From Candidatus Bathyarchaeia archaeon (lineage in GTDB: Archaea > Thermoproteota > Bathyarchaeia > Bathyarchaeales > Bathycorpusculaceae), in the NCBI GenBank assembly GCA_049521795.1, contig JBEKOM010000001.1, forward strand, positions 672,001 through 736,000: a DNA stretch of 64,000 bases, read 5' to 3'. Of the stretch, positions 26,978-36,180 are shown in pieces. Every line of letters starts with the position of its first letter. Position 1 is the first letter of the stretch. Both the position numbers and the translations under genes were made by a program. The notes beneath the pieces are model-generated. The model had not been told where the DNA came from. It was given only the letters and a program-made list of their open reading frames with translations, and searched no databases.

Positions 26978-27472
26978 ATGGACAGGATGAAGGTTCTTTT
27001 CCTGTGTGAACACAATTCAGCTAGATCGCAGATGGCTGAAGGTTTGCTAAGACATCTGTACGGTGAAAAATATGAAGTCTTCAGCGCGGGCGCAAATCCG
27101 ACGCAAGTCAATCCTTTTGCCATCAAGATTATGGCTGAGATAGGAATAGATATTTCCAAGCAGACTTCCAAGAGCATTGAAGAGTTCCGAAACAAGGAAA
27201 TCGACTTGGTTGTCTCAGTGTGCAGAAGCAGCGCCAAGCTAATGTGTTCACTGTGTTCTTCACCAATAGTCATGGGTAGACCAGAGATAATCAACACGAC
27301 AATACCCGGAGCAAAACACTATCTCCACCATGGATTCAACGATCCTTCTGAAGTAATCGGGAGTGACGAGGAAAAGACCATGGCCTTTCGACGCACTAGA
27401 GACGACATCAAACAGTGGATAATTGATAATTTTGCCGATCCAAAGACAATAAGCTCGGACAACGATGCATAG
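26978..27472 (+). CDS. arsC: thioredoxin-type arsenate reductase / LMW-PTP family
   Basis: LFLCEHNSARSQMAEG P-loop, VFSAG, SVC...C, FNDP, FRRTRDDI. Confidence 0.88.
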   Translation: MDRMKVLFLCEHNSARSQMAEGLLRHLYGEKYEVFSAGANPTQVNPFAIKIMAEIGIDISKQTSKSIEEFRNKEIDLVVSVCRSSAKLMCSLCSSPIVMGRPEIINTTIPGAKHYLHHGFNDPSEVIGSDEEKTMAFRRTRDDIKQWIIDNFADPKTISSDNDA

Positions 27473-27597
27473 GCGCGCGGAATTCTGCGTGCACGCTCAT
27501 GCGCGCGCTTGCGTTCTAATTGCATTGATAACCCGATCACCTCTTGATGCAGAGAAAAATCTACCTGTTATGCCAGGAGCAGTAAAGCTATTTATCA

Positions 27598-28017
27598 TCA
27601 GTCACTGTGATCCTTTTTTGGAGTGACTCTGTTTTTTATTCTGTGTGCGGGGATTTTGTTGTAGGTTGCTGAACATTTCTTTTTGGAGCATTGCCTAGTG
27701 GCAGCCCATTTCAGGATCGGGATCACCGCTTCTCTTAGCCCTTTTCCATCTTTTGTCAATGAGTATTGGACGCGAGGCGGGATTTCGGCAAATGATTCTC
27801 TTTTAATTAGCTCTTCCTCTTGAAGCTGTTTTAGCGTGTCTGCAAGTGTCTTGGGGCTTATGCCGTGTAGTTCTTCCATGAGTTTGTTGAATCTGAGGCT
27901 ACCGTAATTCCCAATTGCGTTTATGATAAGAAGTGCCCATTTCTTGCTTATTACGTCTATGATTCCTTCAAGCGGACAAAAGCAAACTACGTCATTCCTG
28001 TTCTGCGTACCTGTCAC
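27598..28017 (-). CDS. HxlR-family winged-helix regulator
   Basis: CFCPLEGIIDVISKKW, LRFNKL, ISPKTL, EIPPRVQYSLT. Confidence 0.9.
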   Translation of the reverse strand: MTGTQNRNDVVCFCPLEGIIDVISKKWALLIINAIGNYGSLRFNKLMEELHGISPKTLADTLKQLQEEELIKRESFAEIPPRVQYSLTKDGKGLREAVIPILKWAATRQCSKKKCSATYNKIPAHRIKNRVTPKKDHSD

Positions 28018-28041
28018 TTTCCTTTTGGATAGGAACTATTT

Positions 28042-28083
28042 CACTATAAACTTGATAGCATAAATACTTTACTTGTAATAGTA
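28042..28083. promoter_or_regulatory. tandem candidate HxlR operators
   Basis: CACT-N11-AGCA (28042-28060) and TACT-N11-AGTA (28065-28083) in the divergent spacer. Confidence 0.6.
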
Positions 28084-28104
28084 TCAGAATAGAGGTGATA
28101 ATAA

Positions 28105-28305
28105 ATGGACCAAGAGTGCGGGTGTGGGATGCATCATCATAGACATGAAGACCATTGTGGGTGCGGCATGCATGGAGATGGACACGGGTACAGAAGACGA
28201 TTCTTCACAAAGACCGAAAAAGTTGAGAAGCTGAAGAGCTACGCGGAAGAACTCAAGAATGAACTGAAAGCTGTCGAAGAGAAAATCAAGGAGATGCAGA
28301 GTTAA
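28105..28305 (+). CDS. small Cys/His-rich protein with C-terminal coiled coil
   Basis: CGCGMHHHRHEDHCGCGMH followed by RRFFTK...heptads; SD GAGGTGA. Confidence 0.8.
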   Translation: MDQECGCGMHHHRHEDHCGCGMHGDGHGYRRRFFTKTEKVEKLKSYAEELKNELKAVEEKIKEMQS

Positions 28306-28338
28306 ATATCCATACAACCAATCGGTGTGAGAAGGAAT

Positions 28339-29034
28339 ATGTCGAAACAAAACAATCTCCATGTTTATTCTGCTGGTGCAGTAGCACCCCCAATCAAGAA
28401 ATGCGCAGAAGAGTTCAAAGCAAGATTCGGAACAGAATTCGAGTTTACTGTCGGAAAGGCTGAAAACCTCATAGAAGAAATCGGAGAAACCAAAGAAGGC
28501 GACTTGTTAACTTGCGGTTCAGAGTACATACTTGACCATGCACAGTTGAAGGGATTAATTCTTAAAGAAACAAGAAGAAGCCTTGGTTCAAGAACCTCTG
28601 CTATTCTTGTGCAGACTGGAAATCCGAAAAAAATAAAGTCAATGTCCGATTTGGCGAAAGAAGGAATGCATCTTGGTGTTTCTGTAAGTGGCTGTTTGAC
28701 TGGGGTCTGGGATGATTTAGCAACTAAAGCGGGATTTGCCGAGCAAATCAGAAAGAACACCATTGCTTATGCCGATGGATGTGGGGAATTGATGTCTTTT
28801 GTCAACAAGAAGAAAGTGGATGCAGTTCTGGGATGGGATGCCTTCAAGAACTTGAACATGCAAACTATGGATAAAATAGACTTGCCGAAAGACCTTCAAG
28901 TGCACAGAAGTACAGCTATAGGGGTCATTTCTTTCTCCAAGAACAGAGACCTTGCGAAGAAATTCATCGACTTCCTTGTGTCCGTCAGCGGTAAGAAGAT
29001 TTATGAAGAATACGGCTGGCATCATTTAAGCTAG
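28339..29034 (+). CDS. ModA-like oxyanion-binding protein without a signal peptide
   Basis: LHVYSAGAV, GDLLTCGSE, VQTGNPKKIKSMSDL, AKKFIDFL..GKKIYEEYGW. Confidence 0.8.
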   Translation: MSKQNNLHVYSAGAVAPPIKKCAEEFKARFGTEFEFTVGKAENLIEEIGETKEGDLLTCGSEYILDHAQLKGLILKETRRSLGSRTSAILVQTGNPKKIKSMSDLAKEGMHLGVSVSGCLTGVWDDLATKAGFAEQIRKNTIAYADGCGELMSFVNKKKVDAVLGWDAFKNLNMQTMDKIDLPKDLQVHRSTAIGVISFSKNRDLAKKFIDFLVSVSGKKIYEEYGWHHLS

Positions 29035-29340
29035 CTGGGATAGAACTATCCTCCATAATTTTTAAGTCTGTTAGAGCATGTATGTAGGTTGAAGAGAAAT
29101 CGGAACTTGAAGTTCAGCTTTAGCGCGCGCGCTGAAGGAGAATTTCAGCTTCAAGATGAAAATCAACCGAACCATAACGTGCGAATTCAGAGATCTAAAC
29201 AAGGAGTGCTTGAAGAAAAAATGTCCATTTTACCTAGAAAATTGAGGGAAATTCTCTTCGCGTGCGCTCCATTTTTTTCTGTTTGATGTGTGCTCTGGTA
29301 GTTCTTATACTGAGTGTCAGCAACCTGACGTGCAGACTGG

Positions 29341-29937
29341 ATGGTATTCAGCTTGAGCAAGACCAAGCATAGAATGTTGGTATCCATGGGGAAAAATGTT
29401 GAAGCTCTTGCCGGAGAAGCGATAAGCGAGAAGGTCATGGAAGGCAGCGAAGAAATAACCGAGAAAACTGACAAGATCAGGACAGCTGAATGGGTCAGAG
29501 GCGTGATGGAAAGACTGGACGCCTTGGTCAGCGAAGAAACGAGGATTCAGATCATGGAGAACTGTGGCCGCGACTGTGCTGATGTAAACAAGAGGGTCAT
29601 CGACAGGGCCAAATTGAACCGCAAGAAGTTCAAGAGCGCAGACGAGTTTCTTGAGGCAGAACAGAAAAAGCCTATGACTGGAACAAGACTCGTTAGAGAA
29701 AGCAACGTGCTCTACCAGTTCTACACGCCGAAGGCGTTCACTAGGCCGAAGAGGTGCTATTGCGGTTTGCTGAGAGGACTTCCTGACAGGACAACCGTAT
29801 CGAAAACGTACTGCCACTGCTCGAAAGGGTTTGTTAAGAAATTCTGGGAAAGTGTTCTTGAGAGACCTGTGAAGGTTGAACTCATCCAATCAGCTGTCTC
29901 GGGCGCAAATGAATGCAAGTTTGCCATTCATCTCTGA
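29341..29937 (+). CDS. DUF6144-like Cys-containing protein
   Basis: MENCGRDC, RCYC, YCHCSKG, VKVEL..S...G..ECKFAI. Confidence 0.7.
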   Translation: MVFSLSKTKHRMLVSMGKNVEALAGEAISEKVMEGSEEITEKTDKIRTAEWVRGVMERLDALVSEETRIQIMENCGRDCADVNKRVIDRAKLNRKKFKSADEFLEAEQKKPMTGTRLVRESNVLYQFYTPKAFTRPKRCYCGLLRGLPDRTTVSKTYCHCSKGFVKKFWESVLERPVKVELIQSAVSGANECKFAIHL

Positions 29938-30021
29938 CGGTGAGGAGAGGCAAAGGGTAAAAAATCTCTTGCGTGGCGCTCTAAAGAGACAGAAACAGGA
30001 TGGTAATACTATGCTGCAAAT

Positions 30022-30690
30022 CTAGGTTGTTTTGATTCCGGTGCGTGCGCTGTGCGTGTCGTAGAGTTTGTGTTTGTAGTATCCCTTTGCAGTGTATAAT
30101 GCTCCAACGGGATTGTGGCATAAGACCCTGTCCTTAGCAACCAAGACTGTTACGGGTGCTTTGGAATACTTGATGAAGGTTGAGTCATGTCCCACACAGA
30201 GTCCTACAATTATGTTCAATTCCGTTTTCGCCTTGTTCATGATTAGAGCTTGTGCTACTGGGTTGCAAATAGGCTCGAAGGCACCGGGATGCACTTTCTC
30301 ACTGTCTTTCAGTCCCAACTCTTCCTTTGGAACACCACCAGTCTTACAGAATACAAAAGTCACCTGAAAGCCGTTGGACTCTAAAATATCTGTCAATATT
30401 TTTCCCTCCTCGGCCAACCCTGCACAGCAGGCAACACCCAGCTTGTCGAAATTCATCGTTCTGGCAAATTCCATCGTGTCCTCGACTCTGGTCCACTTCA
30501 TATAACCCTCTGACTCCACCAGAGCAGAAGCATGAGCTAATTTCGCTACGCCAGGTTTTTCATATTCTTCCCTAGCTTTCTTTAAAACATCTTTCTCAAC
30601 GTTCATCGGACAAAAATCCAGCTTGGAAGTAACTCGAGCTCGTTGAGGATGTTCGCACACGAAAACGGTACATTTGCTACATTTAACCAC
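30022..30690 (-). CDS. DUF1847-family metal-binding protein
   Basis: TRVED, ACCAGL, CKTG, CNPVAQA, GLCVGHDS, KDRVLCHNP. Confidence 0.85.
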   Translation of the reverse strand: MVKCSKCTVFVCEHPQRARVTSKLDFCPMNVEKDVLKKAREEYEKPGVAKLAHASALVESEGYMKWTRVEDTMEFARTMNFDKLGVACCAGLAEEGKILTDILESNGFQVTFVFCKTGGVPKEELGLKDSEKVHPGAFEPICNPVAQALIMNKAKTELNIIVGLCVGHDSTFIKYSKAPVTVLVAKDRVLCHNPVGALYTAKGYYKHKLYDTHSARTGIKTT

Positions 30691-30850
30691 GATCTTTCCC
30701 CGCGAATAGGATAACGTTGTTTCTGCAGAACTTATGTCTTACCCGTCGCGTCACATTGTGAATTCCCATTTGCACCCTGCGCGGGCGCTGACCATTTATC
30801 TTAAATATGCAGCGGCTAAACACGAATCGATATGGTGCAAGGCGATAGTA

Positions 30851-31705
30851 ATGGACGTCAAGATTACCAACATCTACAATAATGAGGCTTTGCCCGGGAA
30901 AGGCCTCAAAAGTGGGCACGGAGAATGCTTTCATATCGCAATGGGCGACAAACAGATTCTTCTTGATACTGGATGGAAAGGCGGAAAACTCCTGCATAAT
31001 ATGAAGAGACTGGGAATAGATGCTGATTATATCGATAAGTTGGTGCTTTCGCATGGTCACAGGGATCACACGGGCGGGTTGAAATCGTTTCTTGGGGTGA
31101 GACCAGTCCAGAAACCAGTGCAGATCTTTGCGCATCCAAGTGCTATGGAGCCCAAGTCAGCGAAGATATTCTTGTTTCACATCTCGATGGGATTGCCAAA
31201 GCTTAGTAGGGAACTGACCAAAAAAGCGGAATTTCATTTGACTAAAGATTCAGTTGAAGTGCTTCCGAACCTCGTTACGACGGGAGAGATTCCGATTGCG
31301 GAACGACTGGAGAAGCCGGGGATAGTGACGGGTGCGTTTCATAAGGTTAATGGACGGCGGGAGTGGGATCCTGTCATTGACGATTTGTCGCTGATTCTTG
31401 AAGCAAAAGATGGATTAGTGTTGGTGACTGGTTGCTGTCATGCGGGATTGTTGAATACGTGTGCACGTGCCACACGACTCTTCAATGGGAGAATCATTGC
31501 CATACTCGGGGGCACTCACATGGTGGAATACTCGCAAGAGGATGTTGACCACGTAGGAGAGGTTCTGGAAAAGGTGTATGGAACTCCGGAACTGTACTTG
31601 AATCATTGCACCGGAAAAGACGCCATTGGACGACTGAGAGGCAAATTTGGATCAGAAGTAGTACACGATTGCCACGTGGGCACAGAAGTAGTTTTCAAAA
31701 TCTAA
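30851..31705 (+). CDS. MBL-fold metallo-hydrolase (COG1237-like)
   Basis: LLDTG, SHGHRDHTGG, TGCCHAG, GGTH, HCTG; start set at MDVKIT. Confidence 0.85.
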   Translation: MDVKITNIYNNEALPGKGLKSGHGECFHIAMGDKQILLDTGWKGGKLLHNMKRLGIDADYIDKLVLSHGHRDHTGGLKSFLGVRPVQKPVQIFAHPSAMEPKSAKIFLFHISMGLPKLSRELTKKAEFHLTKDSVEVLPNLVTTGEIPIAERLEKPGIVTGAFHKVNGRREWDPVIDDLSLILEAKDGLVLVTGCCHAGLLNTCARATRLFNGRIIAILGGTHMVEYSQEDVDHVGEVLEKVYGTPELYLNHCTGKDAIGRLRGKFGSEVVHDCHVGTEVVFKI

Positions 31706-31726
31706 GCGCGCGCTAAATTCCGAAAA

Positions 31727-32278
31727 TCATATTGTAAATTCCCATCTGCACCACGAGTCTGAAGGGTGCTTGTCTGGTGGACAGAACAAACAGCCTACTT
31801 CTACTTTTGGATTCAGAGTCTTCGCGAAATTCTTCAAATATCCAAACCGTACTCTCTTGCAGGGAAATTCGCATAAACCTTTGCCCAGGCGAGCCTCCTG
31901 AGTCCTACACCTATCGATGCCAAGGGTAACCCGCTTGTTTCCAATTTTGATGGTCTTGAAGGGTTGATCCAGTGCCCAACTGGATTTGCGCAAAAGACCA
32001 ATAATCGTTGCCACGTCCGGGTTCTCGGCAATCTTTAACATTCGCTGCAGGCTCTTGGCCTCGATTGCAGCCATGCTCTCCCAAACCTGAGCATCAATTT
32101 CAGTTGCCGCTTCAGTCCCAAACTTCTTTTCGATGCCTAGAAAATACAAGCCATCAACTCTCCAAATGTTACGAATCTGCAGAAAGAAATAATCAAACAG
32201 TTTCTCCATGGGCATTTCGGCCAGTGTCTCACGGTCTTCTCGACTTCCAGGAGGATATTCACTCATGCCTTTCACCAT
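31727..32278 (-). CDS. DUF6125-like protein
   Basis: DGLYFL, CRTQEAR, FPCK, CLFCPPD...WCRWEF. Confidence 0.7.
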   Translation of the reverse strand: MVKGMSEYPPGSREDRETLAEMPMEKLFDYFFLQIRNIWRVDGLYFLGIEKKFGTEAATEIDAQVWESMAAIEAKSLQRMLKIAENPDVATIIGLLRKSSWALDQPFKTIKIGNKRVTLGIDRCRTQEARLGKGLCEFPCKRVRFGYLKNFAKTLNPKVEVGCLFCPPDKHPSDSWCRWEFTI

Positions 32279-32380
32279 TAAGAGGCGCTTTAGTAATTGG
32301 CCGCTATGAAAAGCTATTGTTCTGATTTCATGTTTTCGGAATGTTGCTTTTCCAGCTTGCGCTGCGAAACCTTTAAGAGA

Positions 32381-32402
32381 GTTATGAATGTTTATTCATA
32401 AC
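32381..32402. promoter_or_regulatory. 9-bp inverted repeat; candidate DUF134 autoregulatory operator
   Basis: GTTATGAAT-gttt-ATTCATAAC between TATA-like CTTTAAGA and the GTG start at 32404. Confidence 0.75.
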
Positions 32403-32403
32403 C

Positions 32404-32865
32404 GTGCCTAGACCCAGAATCTGCCGACGAGTATGCTGCGAACCAGGCGTGACTTATTTCAAACCCAGAGGAGTTCCAATGACTTCCTTAGAAAGCGTCG
32501 GCCTGAGGGTGGATGAATTTGAGGCGATACGGTTGAAGGATCTCGAGGGATTGGAGCAGACAGCGGCGGCTGACAGTATGCGCATATCGCAACCGACATT
32601 CCACAGAGTCATAGAGGCGGCAAGAAAGAAGGTGGCAGATGCCTTGGTCAATGGCAAAGCAATACGAATAGAAGGAGGCGAATCCATGTCGGACGCAAAT
32701 AGAAAATTCAAATGCCTTGATTGCGGCCACGAGTGGGACGAACCCCATGGAAGAGGAAGACCCGGCACCTGTCCTACATGCGGAAGCAAGAACATCCATA
32801 GGGCTCCCCAAAACAGAGGGCATGCACGATTCGGAAGAGGCTACAGAGGCCATTTTGAAATATGA
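32404..32865 (+). CDS. DUF134 (UPF0251) DNA-binding protein with C-terminal Zn ribbon
   Basis: MPRPR, YFKPRG, EFEAIRLKD, ISQPTF, IRIEGG, then CLDC...CPTC. Confidence 0.88.
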   Translation: MPRPRICRRVCCEPGVTYFKPRGVPMTSLESVGLRVDEFEAIRLKDLEGLEQTAAADSMRISQPTFHRVIEAARKKVADALVNGKAIRIEGGESMSDANRKFKCLDCGHEWDEPHGRGRPGTCPTCGSKNIHRAPQNRGHARFGRGYRGHFEI

Positions 32866-32878
32866 AGGAGTTTTCGAA

Positions 32879-33736
32879 TTGACAAGTACGCAAGAAGTCA
32901 CAGAGAGGAAAAAACAGTTTTCGGAGCAGGAGCAGAAGCTTAAGGCCAAAATGGGCAAGGTCAGACACAAGATAGCCGTAATAAGCGGCAAAGGAGGCGT
33001 AGGCAAAAGCACAGTCGCAGTGAATCTGGCCGTGGCCCTCGCGATGCATGGACACTCCGACCGGATCGGGATTCTTGACGCAGACATACATGGTCCCAGC
33101 GTACCGAGAATGCTAGGACTGGCGGGCCAAAGACTCCAAATGAGCCCGCCTGAGGCCTTTCCAGCCTCTGGCACGTTAGGAATAAAGGTCGTTTCAATGG
33201 ACTTCCTATTGCCTGATGAAAATGCGCCAGTGATTTGGCGTGGACCGCTGAAGATGACCGCGATCCGCCAGTTTCTGTCAGAGATAGTCTGGGGAGACTT
33301 AGACATTCTGCTAATTGATCTTCCTCCCGGGACAGGGGATGAGCCGCTAAGCATTGCTCAGCTGCTGCCGGAAATGGACGGCGTCGTGATTGTAACAATC
33401 CCATCCAAGGTCTCACAAGTTGTCGTTAAGAAGTCTGTCACTTTTGCTCGGCAGCTCGGAATGCCCATAATCGGCGTCATCGAAAACATGAGCGGCTTCA
33501 TCTGTCCTCATTGTGGAAAAAAATCTGACATATTCGAGTCTGGCGGCGGGCGAAAGATAGCTGAAGAATTGAATATCGCGTTTCTTGGAAGTATTCCGAT
33601 TGATCAGAAAATCTGTGAGGATGCTGACCGAGGGGAACCGTTCATCGTCGAGCATCCTAACTCTGCGGCTTCAAAGTCCTTCATGGAAATAGTCAAGAAA
33701 GTCGAAGATTTCCTGAAACAGAAGGGAAAGAAGTAG
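32879..33736 (+). CDS. mrp: Mrp/NBP35 Fe-S carrier ATPase
   Basis: SGKGGVGKST, DADIHGPS, WRGP, DLPPGTGD, ENMSGFICPHC; TTG start after SD GAAGGAG. Confidence 0.92.
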   Translation: MTSTQEVTERKKQFSEQEQKLKAKMGKVRHKIAVISGKGGVGKSTVAVNLAVALAMHGHSDRIGILDADIHGPSVPRMLGLAGQRLQMSPPEAFPASGTLGIKVVSMDFLLPDENAPVIWRGPLKMTAIRQFLSEIVWGDLDILLIDLPPGTGDEPLSIAQLLPEMDGVVIVTIPSKVSQVVVKKSVTFARQLGMPIIGVIENMSGFICPHCGKKSDIFESGGGRKIAEELNIAFLGSIPIDQKICEDADRGEPFIVEHPNSAASKSFMEIVKKVEDFLKQKGKK

Positions 33737-33755
33737 TGGAAAGGGAGGTGACGCA

Positions 33756-34130
33756 ATGAAAACTACAGTTATTGTTCCTGTGTCAGATAACAACGGTTTG
33801 AACGCTAGGATAGCGGAGCATTTCGGAAGAGCGCCTTTCTATGCTGTTGTGGCTCTAGGCACGGATGGAAAAGTCGAAAACGTCGAGACCTTAGAGAACA
33901 AAGGCGAACATTTCGGTGGCGAAGGACACGTGCACGACCACATTTTGGAGCGGAAACCGAACGCGATAATAACCTATGGAATGGGCCCAAGAGGTTTAAC
34001 TGGATTCCAAGAAGCAGGAGTAGCAGTGCTGAAAGCGAACGCGGATACGGTTAAAGAAGTAATCGCTGCATACAACGATGACAAGCTTCAAGAGCTTACC
34101 GAAGGATGCCATCACGCACACCATCACTAG
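33756..34130 (+). CDS. NifB/NifX-family (IssA-like) protein
   Basis: EHFGRAPFY, GMGPRG, His-rich tail CHHAHHH. Confidence 0.85.
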   Translation: MKTTVIVPVSDNNGLNARIAEHFGRAPFYAVVALGTDGKVENVETLENKGEHFGGEGHVHDHILERKPNAIITYGMGPRGLTGFQEAGVAVLKANADTVKEVIAAYNDDKLQELTEGCHHAHHH

Positions 34131-34157
34131 GATTAGAACTCAGAGCTTGATTCTAGA

Positions 34158-35420
34158 ATGAACGAGAAGAATCAGCTTTTTAGAAAAGGAGAAAGAGCTG
34201 CGATTCTTTCTGCAGCTGTTCTCCTAGCGTTCAGCATTCTGAAGGGCACAGTATCGATAATCTCTGGGAGCGTGGCATTACTCGCAGACTCTATTCATTC
34301 CTTTGCTGACATTTTTTCCTCGATTGCTGTCTGGGCCGGACTCAAGCTGGTTCAGAAAAAACCTACCGAAAGATTTCCATACGGATATTATAAGGCAGAA
34401 ACCTTGGCCTTGCTGATAGTCGCCGTGACGATCGTTGTATCAGGTGTTCTGATCTTGAAAGAAGCTGTGGATAAACTGTTTGTACGCAGCGTTGTCCTGT
34501 TTCCATCTGTTGTTCTTGCGGTGGCCGCTTTTTCAGGGCTGGTCTCCTACTTTCTTGGTAGGTACAAGAAAAGCGTGGGAAGCCTTATTGGTTCTCAGTC
34601 GCTTATTAGTGAAGGACAACATTCTTTGGTAGACGTCTATACCGCATTAATGGTTTTCGTAGGTGTCTTGTTTGCCAGCCTAGGTTATCCTGTGTCTGAG
34701 GTTTTGGCGGGCTTGGCTATTGGGTTGTACGTTATGAAAGTGGGGTTGTGGTTTGGAAAGGATGCAGTGCTGGTTCTTATGGATGCTTGTTTGAGTCCGC
34801 AAAAGGCCAGAGAAATGAAGGAAATAGCGGAGAAGGTGCGAGGAGTAAGTGGAGTGCATGATCTCAGGTTGCATAGATCAGGACCAGTGTCCTTTGGAGA
34901 GATGCACATAGAGGTGGAAGAAGCTCTTCCTCTGGAGAAAGCACATGAGATTTCAGATGAGATCGAAGAGAAGATTAGAGGGCGTTTCAAGGATATTGAA
35001 TCAATCACGATTCATGTAGAACCAGCATACAAACAGAAAGTCAAGGTTGGCATTCCAGTGGTGGAAGACAAGGGGTTGGAATCAAAGACTTCTGCTCATT
35101 TTGGGAATGTACCCTTTTTTGCATTCATAGAGCTGGAGAATAGGCAAATAAGGAATGTGTATGTCAAGGTCAACAAAGCAGCGAGAACAGAGAGGAAGAA
35201 AGGAATAGGTGCTGCTCGATTCTTGGTGGACGAAAAAGTTGACGTGGTGCTTGCAGGAGGCATGGGCGAAGGTCCATTTCACCTATTGAGAGACAACCTT
35301 GTTCAGATATTTGTTCTTCCAGAACAGGTTGAACTCAAGGAAGCGATCCGTCTTCTCAACGAGAACAAGCTAGAAAGAATGACAGCGCCATTTGAGAAAA
35401 ATGAAACGGATGATAGGTAA
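34158..35420 (+). CDS. cation diffusion facilitator with C-terminal NifB/NifX domain
   Basis: LADSIHSFAD, FPYGYYKAE, HSLVD, AHEIS, IHVEP, then AHFGNVPFF...GMGEG. Confidence 0.9.
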   Translation: MNEKNQLFRKGERAAILSAAVLLAFSILKGTVSIISGSVALLADSIHSFADIFSSIAVWAGLKLVQKKPTERFPYGYYKAETLALLIVAVTIVVSGVLILKEAVDKLFVRSVVLFPSVVLAVAAFSGLVSYFLGRYKKSVGSLIGSQSLISEGQHSLVDVYTALMVFVGVLFASLGYPVSEVLAGLAIGLYVMKVGLWFGKDAVLVLMDACLSPQKAREMKEIAEKVRGVSGVHDLRLHRSGPVSFGEMHIEVEEALPLEKAHEISDEIEEKIRGRFKDIESITIHVEPAYKQKVKVGIPVVEDKGLESKTSAHFGNVPFFAFIELENRQIRNVYVKVNKAARTERKKGIGAARFLVDEKVDVVLAGGMGEGPFHLLRDNLVQIFVLPEQVELKEAIRLLNENKLERMTAPFEKNETDDR

Positions 35421-35473
35421 CGCGCATTGTGTATCGAAGTTATCTCGCGCGTTCTGGACGGTTTAAAGGCCAT

Positions 35474-35998
35474 TCAGAAATCGGTTATGTTGTGGCCTTT
35501 TGCTCTTGCTTTGGCTATTATGTTTTTGTACCATTCTGGCAGTTCGAATTTCTCGATTTTTCTCGCTGGAGAGTAGGGTTTGATGTCTAGCACCGGCGTT
35601 TCATTAAGAGCATCTAATCCTTTAACATGAAGGATTTTGCCCTTCCTCCATAGTAGTCTCACTGCAGACAAGCCTATAGGATTTGGTCTGTTAGGTGAGT
35701 CCAAGCAGAACACTCCAACCAAGGGGACCTCTTCCAGGTTCAGTCCATACCTGACAACGATTCTGGGCTTGATCTTGAGCCTTTTTCTGTTTTCCGCGGT
35801 GATGTTGTGCATGTAAAAGAGAATTAGCAGATGAGAAAAACCATCAATGGTTTCTAAACCATCGGCGTATTCGTCGAGAATTTCAATATCCGCTTCCAGT
35901 TCCTCAACCGGCTGATTTCTCATCTCTTCACCAGCAAACCTCGTTTTCACAAAGCCTATCGGATTTAACTGGATGCTCAAAACGCTCACCTTTCGCAT
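35474..35998 (-). CDS. tsaA: TsaA/TrmO-family SAM-binding methyltransferase
   Basis: PIGFV, GFSHL, SPNRPNPIGLS, GLDALNETPVLDIKPY. Confidence 0.85.
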   Translation of the reverse strand: MRKVSVLSIQLNPIGFVKTRFAGEEMRNQPVEELEADIEILDEYADGLETIDGFSHLLILFYMHNITAENRKRLKIKPRIVVRYGLNLEEVPLVGVFCLDSPNRPNPIGLSAVRLLWRKGKILHVKGLDALNETPVLDIKPYSPARKIEKFELPEWYKNIIAKARAKGHNITDF

Positions 35999-36180
35999 GT
36001 TATTTTACTTTTGGAGTAGATCTTGAGCCCCTTATATGCTTAACGCGCTCTATTTCCTTGTACCCATTGTTGGAAAACCTCTAGCGACCAGACTTGTAAC
36101 CGCGCGCGCTAACTGTTTTTTACTATTTGTCGATGGCTTAGAACCAGCTTGCGAGAAAGAGGTTGACTGGACACTAAGAG

